From an uncultured delta proteobacterium (GTDB taxonomy: Bacteria > Desulfobacterota > Binatia > UBA9968): a stretch of 64,000 bases of DNA. Every line of letters starts with the position of its first letter. Positions within the stretch are counted from its first letter, which is position 1. The stretch lies in contig CAVYTU010000007.1 in assembly GCA_963771465.1 (NCBI GenBank), forward strand, positions 64,001-128,000. The letters are read 5' to 3'. The position numbers were made by a program, and so were the translations under genes. Below the pieces are notes generated by a model, which did not search any database, was not told the DNA's origin, and saw only the letters and a program-made list of their open reading frames with translations. Positions 9,141 to 17,804 of this stretch are shown one piece after another.

Positions 9141-10283
9141 TCATAGATCTGAAATCAGTTTTAACATGGCCGCGCGCCAGGGCGCTAATTCTTTCACCCA
9201 GCGTCGACCACGATTGCGTTCGACGTAGGCGCATGCTGCCCGCAGTCGGCGCGTCTCGGCTGGTGTTAGTTGCAGCGCGCGTTTATCCTGTTTGGCGGCG
9301 ATGCTCGCTTCAGCATAACTCCTGAGCGCCCGCCACTGAGGTAACGCCGCGGCGCCGAAGCGCTGGCGAACGATTTTCGTCCAGGACGATTCCGCTCGGT
9401 ACTTGGCTGGCGCCCAGGCGTAATCGAAGCAAGTCGCTAACGGTAGGAAGCTCAAATCTTCCTGGAGCAATGGATTGTTGAGATAGCCGTAGACGCATTC
9501 CGGCAAGCGCGGGTCGCGTCCCGTCAGTGGCGTGAGATGCAACTCGTCACTCATGGACAGGTCGTTTACCGGATAATTGTCCCATAGCAGCAGGGGGCGC
9601 TCGATCTTTTTGACGATGCGCTTCACATGAGAAAGAGCGATGCTCTTTGAAACCACTGATGGGCCGGTCCAGAAGCAGGGGACGTCGGACGGAAGATAGC
9701 GAACCAAAGTTTCAAGAAAGTTCAGCTCGAATTTGCCGAAGACCCGTTCGAGCAGCGCATCTTCGCTGTAATACGAAGGACAAATCCACCACTCGACGTC
9801 GCTCCAACTCGACGGCTGCGCGGCAATGATTTTTGCCATCCAAGTCCCTTCGGCCCGCGCCAGACTATTCTTGAACGCGCGCCGGTCGCGCGCATCGGTC
9901 AAGCGCGAAGGAATATCGTCGAACAGCACGGCGAAGGTGCGCACGCCGGCATCGTAGAAGCGCTGCGCTTTGCGGAGAAGGATGCGAACGGCGTCATCGT
10001 CGCCAAAGTACAAACCTTCGCCGGGATGAAAACCGTAGACGAAATCGATTTGATGTTTATTTGCAGCTCTAATTAAGCGCAGTAGCTCACGCCATTGCGC
10101 CGCGGGGTAAGGTCGTCGCCAAAGTTTGCGGTGATAGGGATCATCCTTGGGCGCATAGAGATAGGTGTTCATACCGCGCGCCGCGCCAAATGCAAACAGA
10201 CGCCGCCGGTGCGCCATCGACCACAGCGGACCGAAGAAGCCTTCGACGATGCCGCGGCGCTGAAAAGTCTTGGCAGGGTTCAT
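9141..10283 (-). CDS. GH84 beta-N-acetylglucosaminidase (O-GlcNAcase-like), no signal peptide
   Basis: RGIVEGFFG, YLYAPKDDPYHR, catalytic FAVLFDDI dyad, CPSYY, WTGP and LWDNYPVND. Confidence 0.88.
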   Translation of the reverse strand: MNPAKTFQRRGIVEGFFGPLWSMAHRRRLFAFGAARGMNTYLYAPKDDPYHRKLWRRPYPAAQWRELLRLIRAANKHQIDFVYGFHPGEGLYFGDDDAVRILLRKAQRFYDAGVRTFAVLFDDIPSRLTDARDRRAFKNSLARAEGTWMAKIIAAQPSSWSDVEWWICPSYYSEDALLERVFGKFELNFLETLVRYLPSDVPCFWTGPSVVSKSIALSHVKRIVKKIERPLLLWDNYPVNDLSMSDELHLTPLTGRDPRLPECVYGYLNNPLLQEDLSFLPLATCFDYAWAPAKYRAESSWTKIVRQRFGAAALPQWRALRSYAEASIAAKQDKRALQLTPAETRRLRAACAYVERNRGRRWVKELAPWRAAMLKLISDL

Positions 10284-10540
10284 GCCGCGCTAATTTCGCA
10301 CAGCAGCGCTGGAGGAACAAGATTGCGGTATTTAATTGGCGTGAGGCGCGGAATAATTTAGCGATTTGGTACGGAAGTAGTGAGACCCGCTGCGCTTTCC
10401 TGCACACTTTCGTGGAAAGGTAATCCAGAGTTTTAAGAGGTTGCGCGCGATACTCGGGCGATGGGCATGCAGCTCGTCCGTCCACTAGTGGAAAACGTAG
10501 CCTGAGTTACGATTCGGGTTTAAACCTCTCAGGCGGTTCG

Positions 10541-11401
10541 CTAGCTCTTCAAAAACGGCACGCCCAGGCGCATCAGGTCGTCGAAGGCATCCCAATGCAC
10601 CATGTGCTTGCAGCCATTGACAATGTGGAGGTTGAGCTGCGGTTGTTGTTGTTTGAGCAATTCGGCGCGTTCGCCGGCGTGTGCCCGGTCCTCGCGGCCA
10701 AATATCATCAATAGCGGCATCTTCAGGTCGGCGAGTCTCTCCCATAACGGCTTGGCCGGCGCCGCGCCGCCCGCCGGCGCGTCGTGACTCTGGCGTTCCT
10801 GGTGCGCGATGAAATTGCGACCAGTCATGCGGCTGTGGCGTATGGCCACGTCTTCGTCCGAGATCAAGGCATGGTTGAAGGTGTCCGCCTGCAGGAGTTT
10901 GCGGGCATCCTCCAGCGTCGGTTCCTTTTGCGCCATCTCTTTGTCGACGCGCGCCTGTACCGCTTCGTACCTGCCGACCTGCGCTTCGGTCTGCAGCGGC
11001 AGCAAAGAGCCGGTGCCAAGAATGACGACATGTGAATAGCGGCTCGGGTCGTCCAATGCCAGTTGAATCGCGAAGCCGCCCGAGCGCGAGTGCGCGATCA
11101 GCGCGGTCTTGCCCAGTCCCGCGGCATCGATGAATTTCGGGATGGAATTGCGTTGCTGCGCCGTGCTTTGCTTGGCGGGAATTTCGGAAAGGCCAAAGCC
11201 GGGAAGGTCAAAGGCAACCGCGCGAAATCCGGCCCTGGCAAATGGGCCAAGATTGCGCAGAAACACGTCCGCCGAGCTGCCGAGCGACGCGCCATGCAGA
11301 AACAGCAGCGATGGCCCTGAACCTTCTTCGATATAACGAAGTTGCAGTCCATCGACGCTAACAAACTTGTCTTTCGGTTTGATTCTTTCCACAGTATCCA
11401 T
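10541..11401 (-). CDS. Alpha/beta-fold hydrolase
   Basis: FLHG, DLPGFGLS, nucleophile elbow AHSRSG, GREDR acid and CKHMVH histidine. Confidence 0.85.
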   Translation of the reverse strand: MDTVERIKPKDKFVSVDGLQLRYIEEGSGPSLLFLHGASLGSSADVFLRNLGPFARAGFRAVAFDLPGFGLSEIPAKQSTAQQRNSIPKFIDAAGLGKTALIAHSRSGGFAIQLALDDPSRYSHVVILGTGSLLPLQTEAQVGRYEAVQARVDKEMAQKEPTLEDARKLLQADTFNHALISDEDVAIRHSRMTGRNFIAHQERQSHDAPAGGAAPAKPLWERLADLKMPLLMIFGREDRAHAGERAELLKQQQPQLNLHIVNGCKHMVHWDAFDDLMRLGVPFLKS

Positions 11402-11673
11402 GAGATTATCTCCTCTTAGGGCAGAATAAAGATTCTAATCCAGCTGCGCGTTGCCACGTAACGGGCGAGGCAGCTCCATGGCGACGTCGTTCAAGTTTAG
11501 GAACTCTGTACAGAAAACTTAATCAATGTTTCTGACCGGACCTATAGCGCCGAACCGGCGAGGTGTCAATTGCGCGAGCGTTTCGTGATCGTCGTAGCGT
11601 TGCTTCTGCTGGGTAAGGTTTACTTGCCAATGTTCCTGGCATTGCGTAGGATCGAATCGGTTGAGCGACTCTC

Positions 11674-12486
11674 ATGCGCATTGCCACTCAAGCCGTTACA
11701 TTTTGTTTTGCCACCGCGTTGCTCGGGTTGCCGCTATTTGAATCGGATGGCGCCGATTCCAAAGCCGCCTCGGACATGATTCGCGTTCCCGCTGGCCCAT
11801 TCCTGATGGGCAGCAACAACGGGCCGGAAGATGAGCGGCCACAGCATCAAGTTAACGTCGCCGAGTTTTTCATCGACCGAACTAAAGTGGCTAACGCGCA
11901 TTTCGCACAATTCGTGAATGCGCGCGGAGTGAAGTCAGCCGACGGACAAATATGGTACGATAGCGATGATAACGACGCGCGGATTCATCGGCGCGACGGT
12001 AAATGGCAGGCCGATGCCGGCCATGAGAATCATCCGGTGGTGGAAGCTTCTTGGTACGGCGCGTCGGCGTATTGTTCATGGGTTGGCAAGCGTTTGCCCA
12101 CCGAAGCGGAGTGGGAGAAGGCGGCGCGCGGTACGGATGGCCGAAAATATCCCTGGGGCAACGATGCGGTGGATTCAACGCGGGCGCATTTCAATGGCGG
12201 CTGGAACGATTTCCGCCCGGTGGGAAGTCTTCCCAAAGGCGCGAGTCCATACGGCATGCTTGACGCCGCGGGCAACGGCTGGGAATGGGTGAGCAGCGCC
12301 TATATGCCTTATCCTTACAATACCAACGACGGGCGCGAAGATTTTACCAAGGCGCAAGTGCGCGTCACGCGCGGCGGCGGGCAGGATTCGCGAGCCGACG
12401 AATTGGCCACCACGCATCGCGGCCGCCATGTGTCGCGCAATCCGCGCGGTGGCCATCACAACATCGGCTTTCGCTGCGCTCGCTGA
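11674..12486 (+). CDS. Exported FGE-sulfatase/SUMF1-fold protein (EgtB C-domain/PvdO-like)
   Basis: N-terminal hydrophobic signal, GPFLMGS, DERPQH, HPVVEASW, RLPTEAEWEKAARG, GNGWEW and IGFRCAR. The FGE catalytic Cys pair is absent. Confidence 0.85.
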   Translation: MRIATQAVTFCFATALLGLPLFESDGADSKAASDMIRVPAGPFLMGSNNGPEDERPQHQVNVAEFFIDRTKVANAHFAQFVNARGVKSADGQIWYDSDDNDARIHRRDGKWQADAGHENHPVVEASWYGASAYCSWVGKRLPTEAEWEKAARGTDGRKYPWGNDAVDSTRAHFNGGWNDFRPVGSLPKGASPYGMLDAAGNGWEWVSSAYMPYPYNTNDGREDFTKAQVRVTRGGGQDSRADELATTHRGRHVSRNPRGGHHNIGFRCAR

Positions 12487-12501
12487 GTACCACTAGTTCC
12501 C

Positions 12502-13143
12502 ATGCCGGCCTATTTCATCACCCAAGGCGTACTGATCGGCTTCGTGGTCGCCGTGCCGGTTGGTCCGCTCGGAATCTTATGCATCAACCGCGCGCTGGTA
12601 GCGGGGGCGTTATGCGGACTTATTTCCGGCCTTGGGGTGGCGACCGCGGATGCGCTGGCGGCGAGCGTCGCGGCTCTGGGTATCTCGTTTGTATCGGGCT
12701 TTTTGATCAAGCACCAGATTGTTTTGCGTCTGGCGGGCGGTGTATTTCTCTGTTACCTCGGCGCACAGATTTATCGCACCAAACCGAAACCGGCGGCGGC
12801 GCCGCCGAGCGACGTCAACGGCTTGGTCAATGCTTACGCGACGACGTTCGTCCTAACCTTTTCCAACCCGGTGACGCTACTTTCATTTATCGCGATCTAT
12901 GCCGGCTGGCATGTGCCGAGCTTGCAGGGGCGATATCTTGCCGCGGCCCTGCTGGCGCTCGGCGTCCTTATCGGTTCGGCGCTTTGGTGGGTCTGTTTGT
13001 TCATTGGCATGACGGCGTTTCGCGAGAAATTCAGTCTCGACGCGCTCGTCTGGGTGCATCGTGTTTCAGGCGCATTGATGGTCGGGTTCGGTATCGTCAT
13101 ACTTTTAAGCTTGTCGCCGCTCAAGCAGGTATTCGGTATTTAA
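12502..13143 (+). CDS. LysE/RhtB family translocator
   Basis: G..VAVPVGP.GILCI.R, GLGVATADA and F.LTFSNP motifs; about six hydrophobic segments. Confidence 0.85.
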   Translation: MPAYFITQGVLIGFVVAVPVGPLGILCINRALVAGALCGLISGLGVATADALAASVAALGISFVSGFLIKHQIVLRLAGGVFLCYLGAQIYRTKPKPAAAPPSDVNGLVNAYATTFVLTFSNPVTLLSFIAIYAGWHVPSLQGRYLAAALLALGVLIGSALWWVCLFIGMTAFREKFSLDALVWVHRVSGALMVGFGIVILLSLSPLKQVFGI

Positions 13144-13150
13144 ATCTAAG

Positions 13151-14122
13151 ATGCTAAGTGAGTCGATCGCCTTTGTGAGCCGCGCCGGCGGCGTACCCAG
13201 CGTGATTAATGGCGCATTAGCGCTTTTTCATATTGGCTTGAATATTTTTCAATTTGTCATCTTGCCGTTGTGGCTTTTGCCGCTGGAGCGAAACTGGGCC
13301 TGGACGCTTTTGCCGCTGGCGCTATTGACCAATCCGTTCTGGAGTCTGATTCACGAGGCGATCCACGATCTATTTCATCCCAACCGCCGCGCGAACGCTC
13401 TGACCGGCCGCCTGCTGGCGATTCTGTTCGGTTCGCCGTTTCGCATCCTTCGGCAGAGCCATTTGCTCCATCATAAGCTCAATCGCATGCCGGTGGAGGG
13501 GACGGAATATTACGATCGCGGCAAAGGCGCTAAAGCTGCGGCGGCGCCGGGGTACTATTTTCAAATTTTGCTCGGCCTGTATCTCGTCGAAGTCGTGAGC
13601 ACGCTGGGTTTCCTTTTGCCGCGTCAATGGCTGCAACGATTCCGCGAAAAACATTTGCCGGCACACAGCGTCAGCAGCATTCTTATGCAGAACTGGCTTG
13701 GTGCGGAATCACTGCGCGAGATTCGCCTCGACGGTTTGCTCACCCTCGTGTGGCTGTCGTTTTCGTTTTGGTTATACGGTGAGAGCTGGCCGCTGCTGCT
13801 CGCCGTGTTAGTGGCGCGTGGCTTTTTGATTTCGTTTCTCGATAATGTGTATCACTACGAAACTCCGGTGAGCGATGTGTTCTTCGCAAAAAATCTCCAG
13901 TTGCCGGCGCCGCTCGCCAAGCTGCTGCTCAATTTTAACCTCCACGGCATTCACCATATCAACCCGGCGATCTCGTGGATCAATTTACCGAAGGCTTTCG
14001 AAGTCCAAGGGGCGAAGTTTCAAGGCCGCTACTTTGCCGCAGCCCTGCGCCAACTGCGTGGCCCCATCGCGCTCCAGGAATTGCCCCAAGGCGCGCCGAC
14101 GCTGCGCGTGCGGCCAAATTAA
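13151..14122 (+). CDS. Membrane fatty-acid-desaturase superfamily di-iron enzyme
   Basis: Three His boxes, HEAIH, HLLHH and HGIHH, separated by TM segments. Confidence 0.8.
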   Translation: MLSESIAFVSRAGGVPSVINGALALFHIGLNIFQFVILPLWLLPLERNWAWTLLPLALLTNPFWSLIHEAIHDLFHPNRRANALTGRLLAILFGSPFRILRQSHLLHHKLNRMPVEGTEYYDRGKGAKAAAAPGYYFQILLGLYLVEVVSTLGFLLPRQWLQRFREKHLPAHSVSSILMQNWLGAESLREIRLDGLLTLVWLSFSFWLYGESWPLLLAVLVARGFLISFLDNVYHYETPVSDVFFAKNLQLPAPLAKLLLNFNLHGIHHINPAISWINLPKAFEVQGAKFQGRYFAAALRQLRGPIALQELPQGAPTLRVRPN

Positions 14123-15147
14123 CCTTCTTTACGAAACAACAGCACCGAGAACCATTGATTAGCGTCGGTGAAGTGCTCGACCGGTGTGAGGCCGATGAAT
14201 CGTAATTGTTGTTGGAGCCGGTTGGCGTCGAATTTGCGGCTGATCTCGACGAGAATTTTTTCGTTCTGACGCCACTCGAATGCAGCACCAGCGTTCGGGA
14301 AGCGAATTTCCTGGGACGCGGTGGCGACGGCGTACATTTCGATCTGTTGCCATTCTGGATTGAACCAGGATTGGTAGCGCATTTGCTTCAAGTCGAAATT
14401 GGCGCCGAGCAAACCGTTGATGTTGCGAAAGACATTCAAGATAAATTCAGCGGTGATGCCGCGGCTGTCGTCGTAGGCGTCTTCGAGTAATTTTACCGGT
14501 TTTATCCGGTCGGCGCCGAGCAGAAGATAATCGTCGGGCCCCATGGCCGCCGATAGGGCGCGGAAAAAGCGCGGAAACTCGGTATGGTTGAAGTTGCCGA
14601 TGGTGCTGCCGAGAAAGACGAACAAGGTCGGCAGACTTTTTTCGATGGCGCAAATGCCGTCTTCGTAACGTGCGTGGATGCCGTGGAATTCCAACTGAGG
14701 AAAATCCTTTTGCACCGCGCTCTGTGAAGCGAGCAGGCCGGCGACGCTTACATCAATGGGCGCGAAGACACTCTGGCCGCGCTGGCGCGTTTGCTCGCTC
14801 AGCAAATGGATGGTTTTCTTGCTGTAACCGGCGCCGAGCTCGACGATGCATTTTACCGGCGCGGCGGCGACGATGTTCTTCGCGTTGGCTTCGAGAATGC
14901 TATTCTCCGTTCGCGTCAGATAATATTCCGGCAGGTCGCAGATATCTTCGAACAATTCCGAGCCGTGCTCGTCGTAGAGATGATAGGCTTCGAGCCAGCG
15001 CGGCTGATCCCAAAGCGTGGTCAAGATCGACATGGTTGGAATGGCGTCGAGGTCGGCGTCTTGCAAAGACCAGATGCCCGGCGGATTGGACAGCCAGCGC
15101 GAGCGCTGATCGGCGGCGAAGATATGTGGCGCTGTTGGTTGTGTCAT
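14119..15147 (-). CDS. egtD: L-histidine N-alpha-trimethyltransferase (hercynine synthase)
   Basis: YD..GSELF..I..LPEYYLTRTE, VELGAG..KKT, FLGSTIGN, AYDD..GITA.F, IEM and EISRKF motifs. Confidence 0.9.
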   Translation of the reverse strand: MTQPTAPHIFAADQRSRWLSNPPGIWSLQDADLDAIPTMSILTTLWDQPRWLEAYHLYDEHGSELFEDICDLPEYYLTRTENSILEANAKNIVAAAPVKCIVELGAGYSKKTIHLLSEQTRQRGQSVFAPIDVSVAGLLASQSAVQKDFPQLEFHGIHARYEDGICAIEKSLPTLFVFLGSTIGNFNHTEFPRFFRALSAAMGPDDYLLLGADRIKPVKLLEDAYDDSRGITAEFILNVFRNINGLLGANFDLKQMRYQSWFNPEWQQIEMYAVATASQEIRFPNAGAAFEWRQNEKILVEISRKFDANRLQQQLRFIGLTPVEHFTDANQWFSVLLFRKEG

Positions 15148-15246
15148 GAGTTGGGAGACTATAAAAGAAAATTGAACAGGATGCGACCACGGGTTTAAGT
15201 GCTAATTTCGCATGCTGAATAACCTGCGCAAGTAGGGAGGCGAAAT

Positions 15247-15328
15247 TCCGTTATGCAGCGCGAAAGCGGGTCATCCAGGTTCATTCCGGGGTTCAAAAGA
15301 AAGCCTGGATTCCCGCGGGAATGACGGA
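15247..15328. repeat. REP-like imperfect palindrome (GTCATTCCCGC...GCGGGAATGAC type)
   Basis: Outer arms TCCGTTAT / ATGACGGA and inner arms ATCCAGG / CCTGGAT, in the egtD-ABC divergent intergenic region. Confidence 0.6.
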
Positions 15329-15345
15329 GGGGAACCTTCGCTTTT

Positions 15346-16113
15346 ATGAACAGCAATGAAACAACGATCAGATTTTGGGATGTGAACTTCGTCCTGCCCG
15401 ACGGCAAGAAGTTGCTCGCCGATCTCAATCTTGAGGTCGCGAGCGGCGAGACTCTGGTTTTGCTCGGCCGCAGCGGCTCTGGCAAGACGACGATGATGAA
15501 GTTGATCAACCGGCTGATCGATCCGACTTCGGGGCGGCTAGAGGTGGAAGGGAAGGCGACGGTGGAGTGGGACCCGATCCAACTGCGCCGGCGCATCGGT
15601 TACGTCATCCAAGAGATCGGTTTGTTTCCGCATCTGACCATCGAGCAGAACATCGGGGTTGTCCCGCGGCTCGAAGGTTGGGAGCCGGATCGTATTGCCG
15701 AGCGGGCGCGCGAGCTGTTGAAACTCGTCGGCCTCGACGCCGACCGCTTCGCTCAGCGATTTCCCCGCGAGTTGTCCGGCGGGCAGCGCCAGCGTATCGG
15801 GGTGGCGCGGGCGTTGGCTGCCGATCCGCCGGTCATTCTTCTGGACGAGCCTTTCGGCGCCCTAGATCCAATCACTCGGCACGGCATTCAGCAAGAATTC
15901 AAATCCCTGCAACAGGAACTCGGCAAGACGATGGTGTTCGTCACGCACGACATCGCCGAGGCTTTTGTCCTGGCGACTCGCATCGCGCTATTGAAAGACG
16001 GCGAGATGGTTTTGCTCGGGCCGCCGGCTGAGCTGCTCGAATCGAGCCATCCGGAAGCGCGCGCTTTCGCCGAGTGCTTTCACGACGGTCAAAGCATCGG
16101 GAGACCGAAGTGA
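15346..16113 (+). CDS. ABC transporter ATPase, OpuC/ProV/EgtV (quaternary amine) family
   Basis: Walker A GRSGSGKT, KLINRLI, LRRRIGYVIQ, LSGGQRQR and LLDEPFGALDPITR. Confidence 0.92.
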   Translation: MNSNETTIRFWDVNFVLPDGKKLLADLNLEVASGETLVLLGRSGSGKTTMMKLINRLIDPTSGRLEVEGKATVEWDPIQLRRRIGYVIQEIGLFPHLTIEQNIGVVPRLEGWEPDRIAERARELLKLVGLDADRFAQRFPRELSGGQRQRIGVARALAADPPVILLDEPFGALDPITRHGIQQEFKSLQQELGKTMVFVTHDIAEAFVLATRIALLKDGEMVLLGPPAELLESSHPEARAFAECFHDGQSIGRPK

Positions 16114-17672
16114 CGCTGCTGGAATTCTTCACCCACAACAGCGGCGAACTCGGCGAGCTGGTCTTAGAGCATTTATTTTTAGTCGTCGTTTCCACCGGCA
16201 TCGCCGTGCTGATCGGCGTGCCACTCGGTATCTTGCTGACGCGCAAACCGGGATTGAGTAAACCGATTCTCGGCTTCGCCAACATCATGCAGACGGTGCC
16301 GAGTTTGGCGCTGTTCGGTTTTCTCATTCCGCTCAATCTTTATCTATTCAATGTGAAGATCGTTGGCGGCATCGGCGCGCGCACGGCGATCGTCGCGCTG
16401 GTGCTTTATTCGCTCTTGCCGATCATCCGCAACACGTTTACTGGAATTTCCAATGTCGATCCGGCGATCCGCGAAGCCGGGCGCGGCATGGGCATGACCG
16501 ACCGTCAATTGCTTCTCCAAGTCGAGTTGCCGCTGGCGCTGGGCGTAATCATCGCCGGCGTGCGCGTGGCGACCGTGATTTGCGTTGGCACGGCGACGAT
16601 TGCCGCGGCGATCGATGCCGGCGGCTTGGGGCGCTATATTTTTCGCGGCCTGCGCGCCAATGATAATGTTTTGATTCTTGCCGGAGCGGTGCCCGCGGCG
16701 CTGATTGCCCTTGCCGCGGATTTACTTTTGGGCTACGTCGAGAAAACGATTCAGTCCGGGGCGGCGGTTAAGGTAAGCGGTCGCAAACTTTTATGGTCCG
16801 GCGCCGCGGCTCTGTTGGTTTTTCTCGCAGTAGCGTATTTCTTTTTAGGCAAAAGCGCCGGGCGCATCGCGGTAGGCTCAAAAGACTTCACCGAACAAGT
16901 CATTGTCGGTGAAATTCTCGCCCAGGCGATCGAAGCGAAAACCGGTGCCGAAGTGGTGCGCCGCTTCGATCTCGGCGGCAACTTAGCGCACGATGCGCTG
17001 ATCGCCGGCGAAATCGACGTCTATGTCGAATACACGGGCACGGGCTTACTGGCGATTCTCAAGGAAAAGCCGCTGTCCGATCCGCAGGAAGTTTATCGAC
17101 GGGTGAAGTCGGAATACGCCAAGCGCTTCAAGTTGGAGTGGACCGAGCCGCTCGGCTTCAATAATACTTTCGCCATTCTCGTCCGCGGCGATGACGCCAA
17201 AAAGCTCAATTTGAAAACCGTCAGCGACGCCGCAAAGGTCTCCAATCAATGGCGCGCCGGTTTCGGCCAGGACTTCATGTCACGCGCCGACGGTTATCCG
17301 GGATTTTCCAAAGCCTACGGCTTTCACTTCGAAGCGACACGCGAGATGGATTTGTCCTTGACCTACCGGGCGCTGGCGGAAAACCAAGTCGATCTGATCG
17401 CCGGTAATTCCACCGACGGTTTGATCTCGCGCTACGGCTTATTTCAGCTCGACGATGACCGCCGCTATTTCCCACCCTACGACGCCGTGCCGGTGGTGCG
17501 CCAGGCCGCGCTGGAAAAATATCCGGCGCTGCGCGAGGTGCTAAAACAACTGGGTGGCATTCTTAGCGTCGACGAAATGCGCAAGCTCAATTATGCGGTG
17601 GACGCTGAGAAGCGGCAGGCGAAGGATGTGGCGCGGGAGTTCTTACGGCAAAAACGGCTGCTCGATCATTGA
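16110..17672 (+). CDS. Fused permease + substrate-binding protein of a betaine-type ABC importer (EgtU/OpuBC-like)
   Basis: TMD with QTVPSLALFG and EAGRGMGMT loop, then SBP with GSKDFTEQ, EYTGT, NNTFA, STDG and FPPYDA. The GTG start overlaps the ATPase stop (GTGA). Confidence 0.9.
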   Translation: MTLLEFFTHNSGELGELVLEHLFLVVVSTGIAVLIGVPLGILLTRKPGLSKPILGFANIMQTVPSLALFGFLIPLNLYLFNVKIVGGIGARTAIVALVLYSLLPIIRNTFTGISNVDPAIREAGRGMGMTDRQLLLQVELPLALGVIIAGVRVATVICVGTATIAAAIDAGGLGRYIFRGLRANDNVLILAGAVPAALIALAADLLLGYVEKTIQSGAAVKVSGRKLLWSGAAALLVFLAVAYFFLGKSAGRIAVGSKDFTEQVIVGEILAQAIEAKTGAEVVRRFDLGGNLAHDALIAGEIDVYVEYTGTGLLAILKEKPLSDPQEVYRRVKSEYAKRFKLEWTEPLGFNNTFAILVRGDDAKKLNLKTVSDAAKVSNQWRAGFGQDFMSRADGYPGFSKAYGFHFEATREMDLSLTYRALAENQVDLIAGNSTDGLISRYGLFQLDDDRRYFPPYDAVPVVRQAALEKYPALREVLKQLGGILSVDEMRKLNYAVDAEKRQAKDVAREFLRQKRLLDH

Positions 17673-17804
17673 CCTCGGGAGGCGCACTTAGTTTTTCTTT
17701 ATTGGTTCGATGGCGCGGATTTGGCACATAACAGGAATCTGCACGAGATTGCCTAGAGACGGTGGAAATTCGGCGCGGCTTACCGCAGAAAGTCGGGTGG
17801 CACG

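Noticed and set aside
10284-10540. Intergenic region in the selenium locus inspected for tRNA-Sec, SECIS or a riboswitch
   Set aside because: No cloverleaf, T-loop context or recognisable aptamer was visible by eye; a covariance-model scan was not possible.
12484-12500. Possible selenocysteine read-through at the TGA of the FGE-fold gene
   Set aside because: GFRCAR is the normal family C-terminus and an in-frame TAG follows three codons later.
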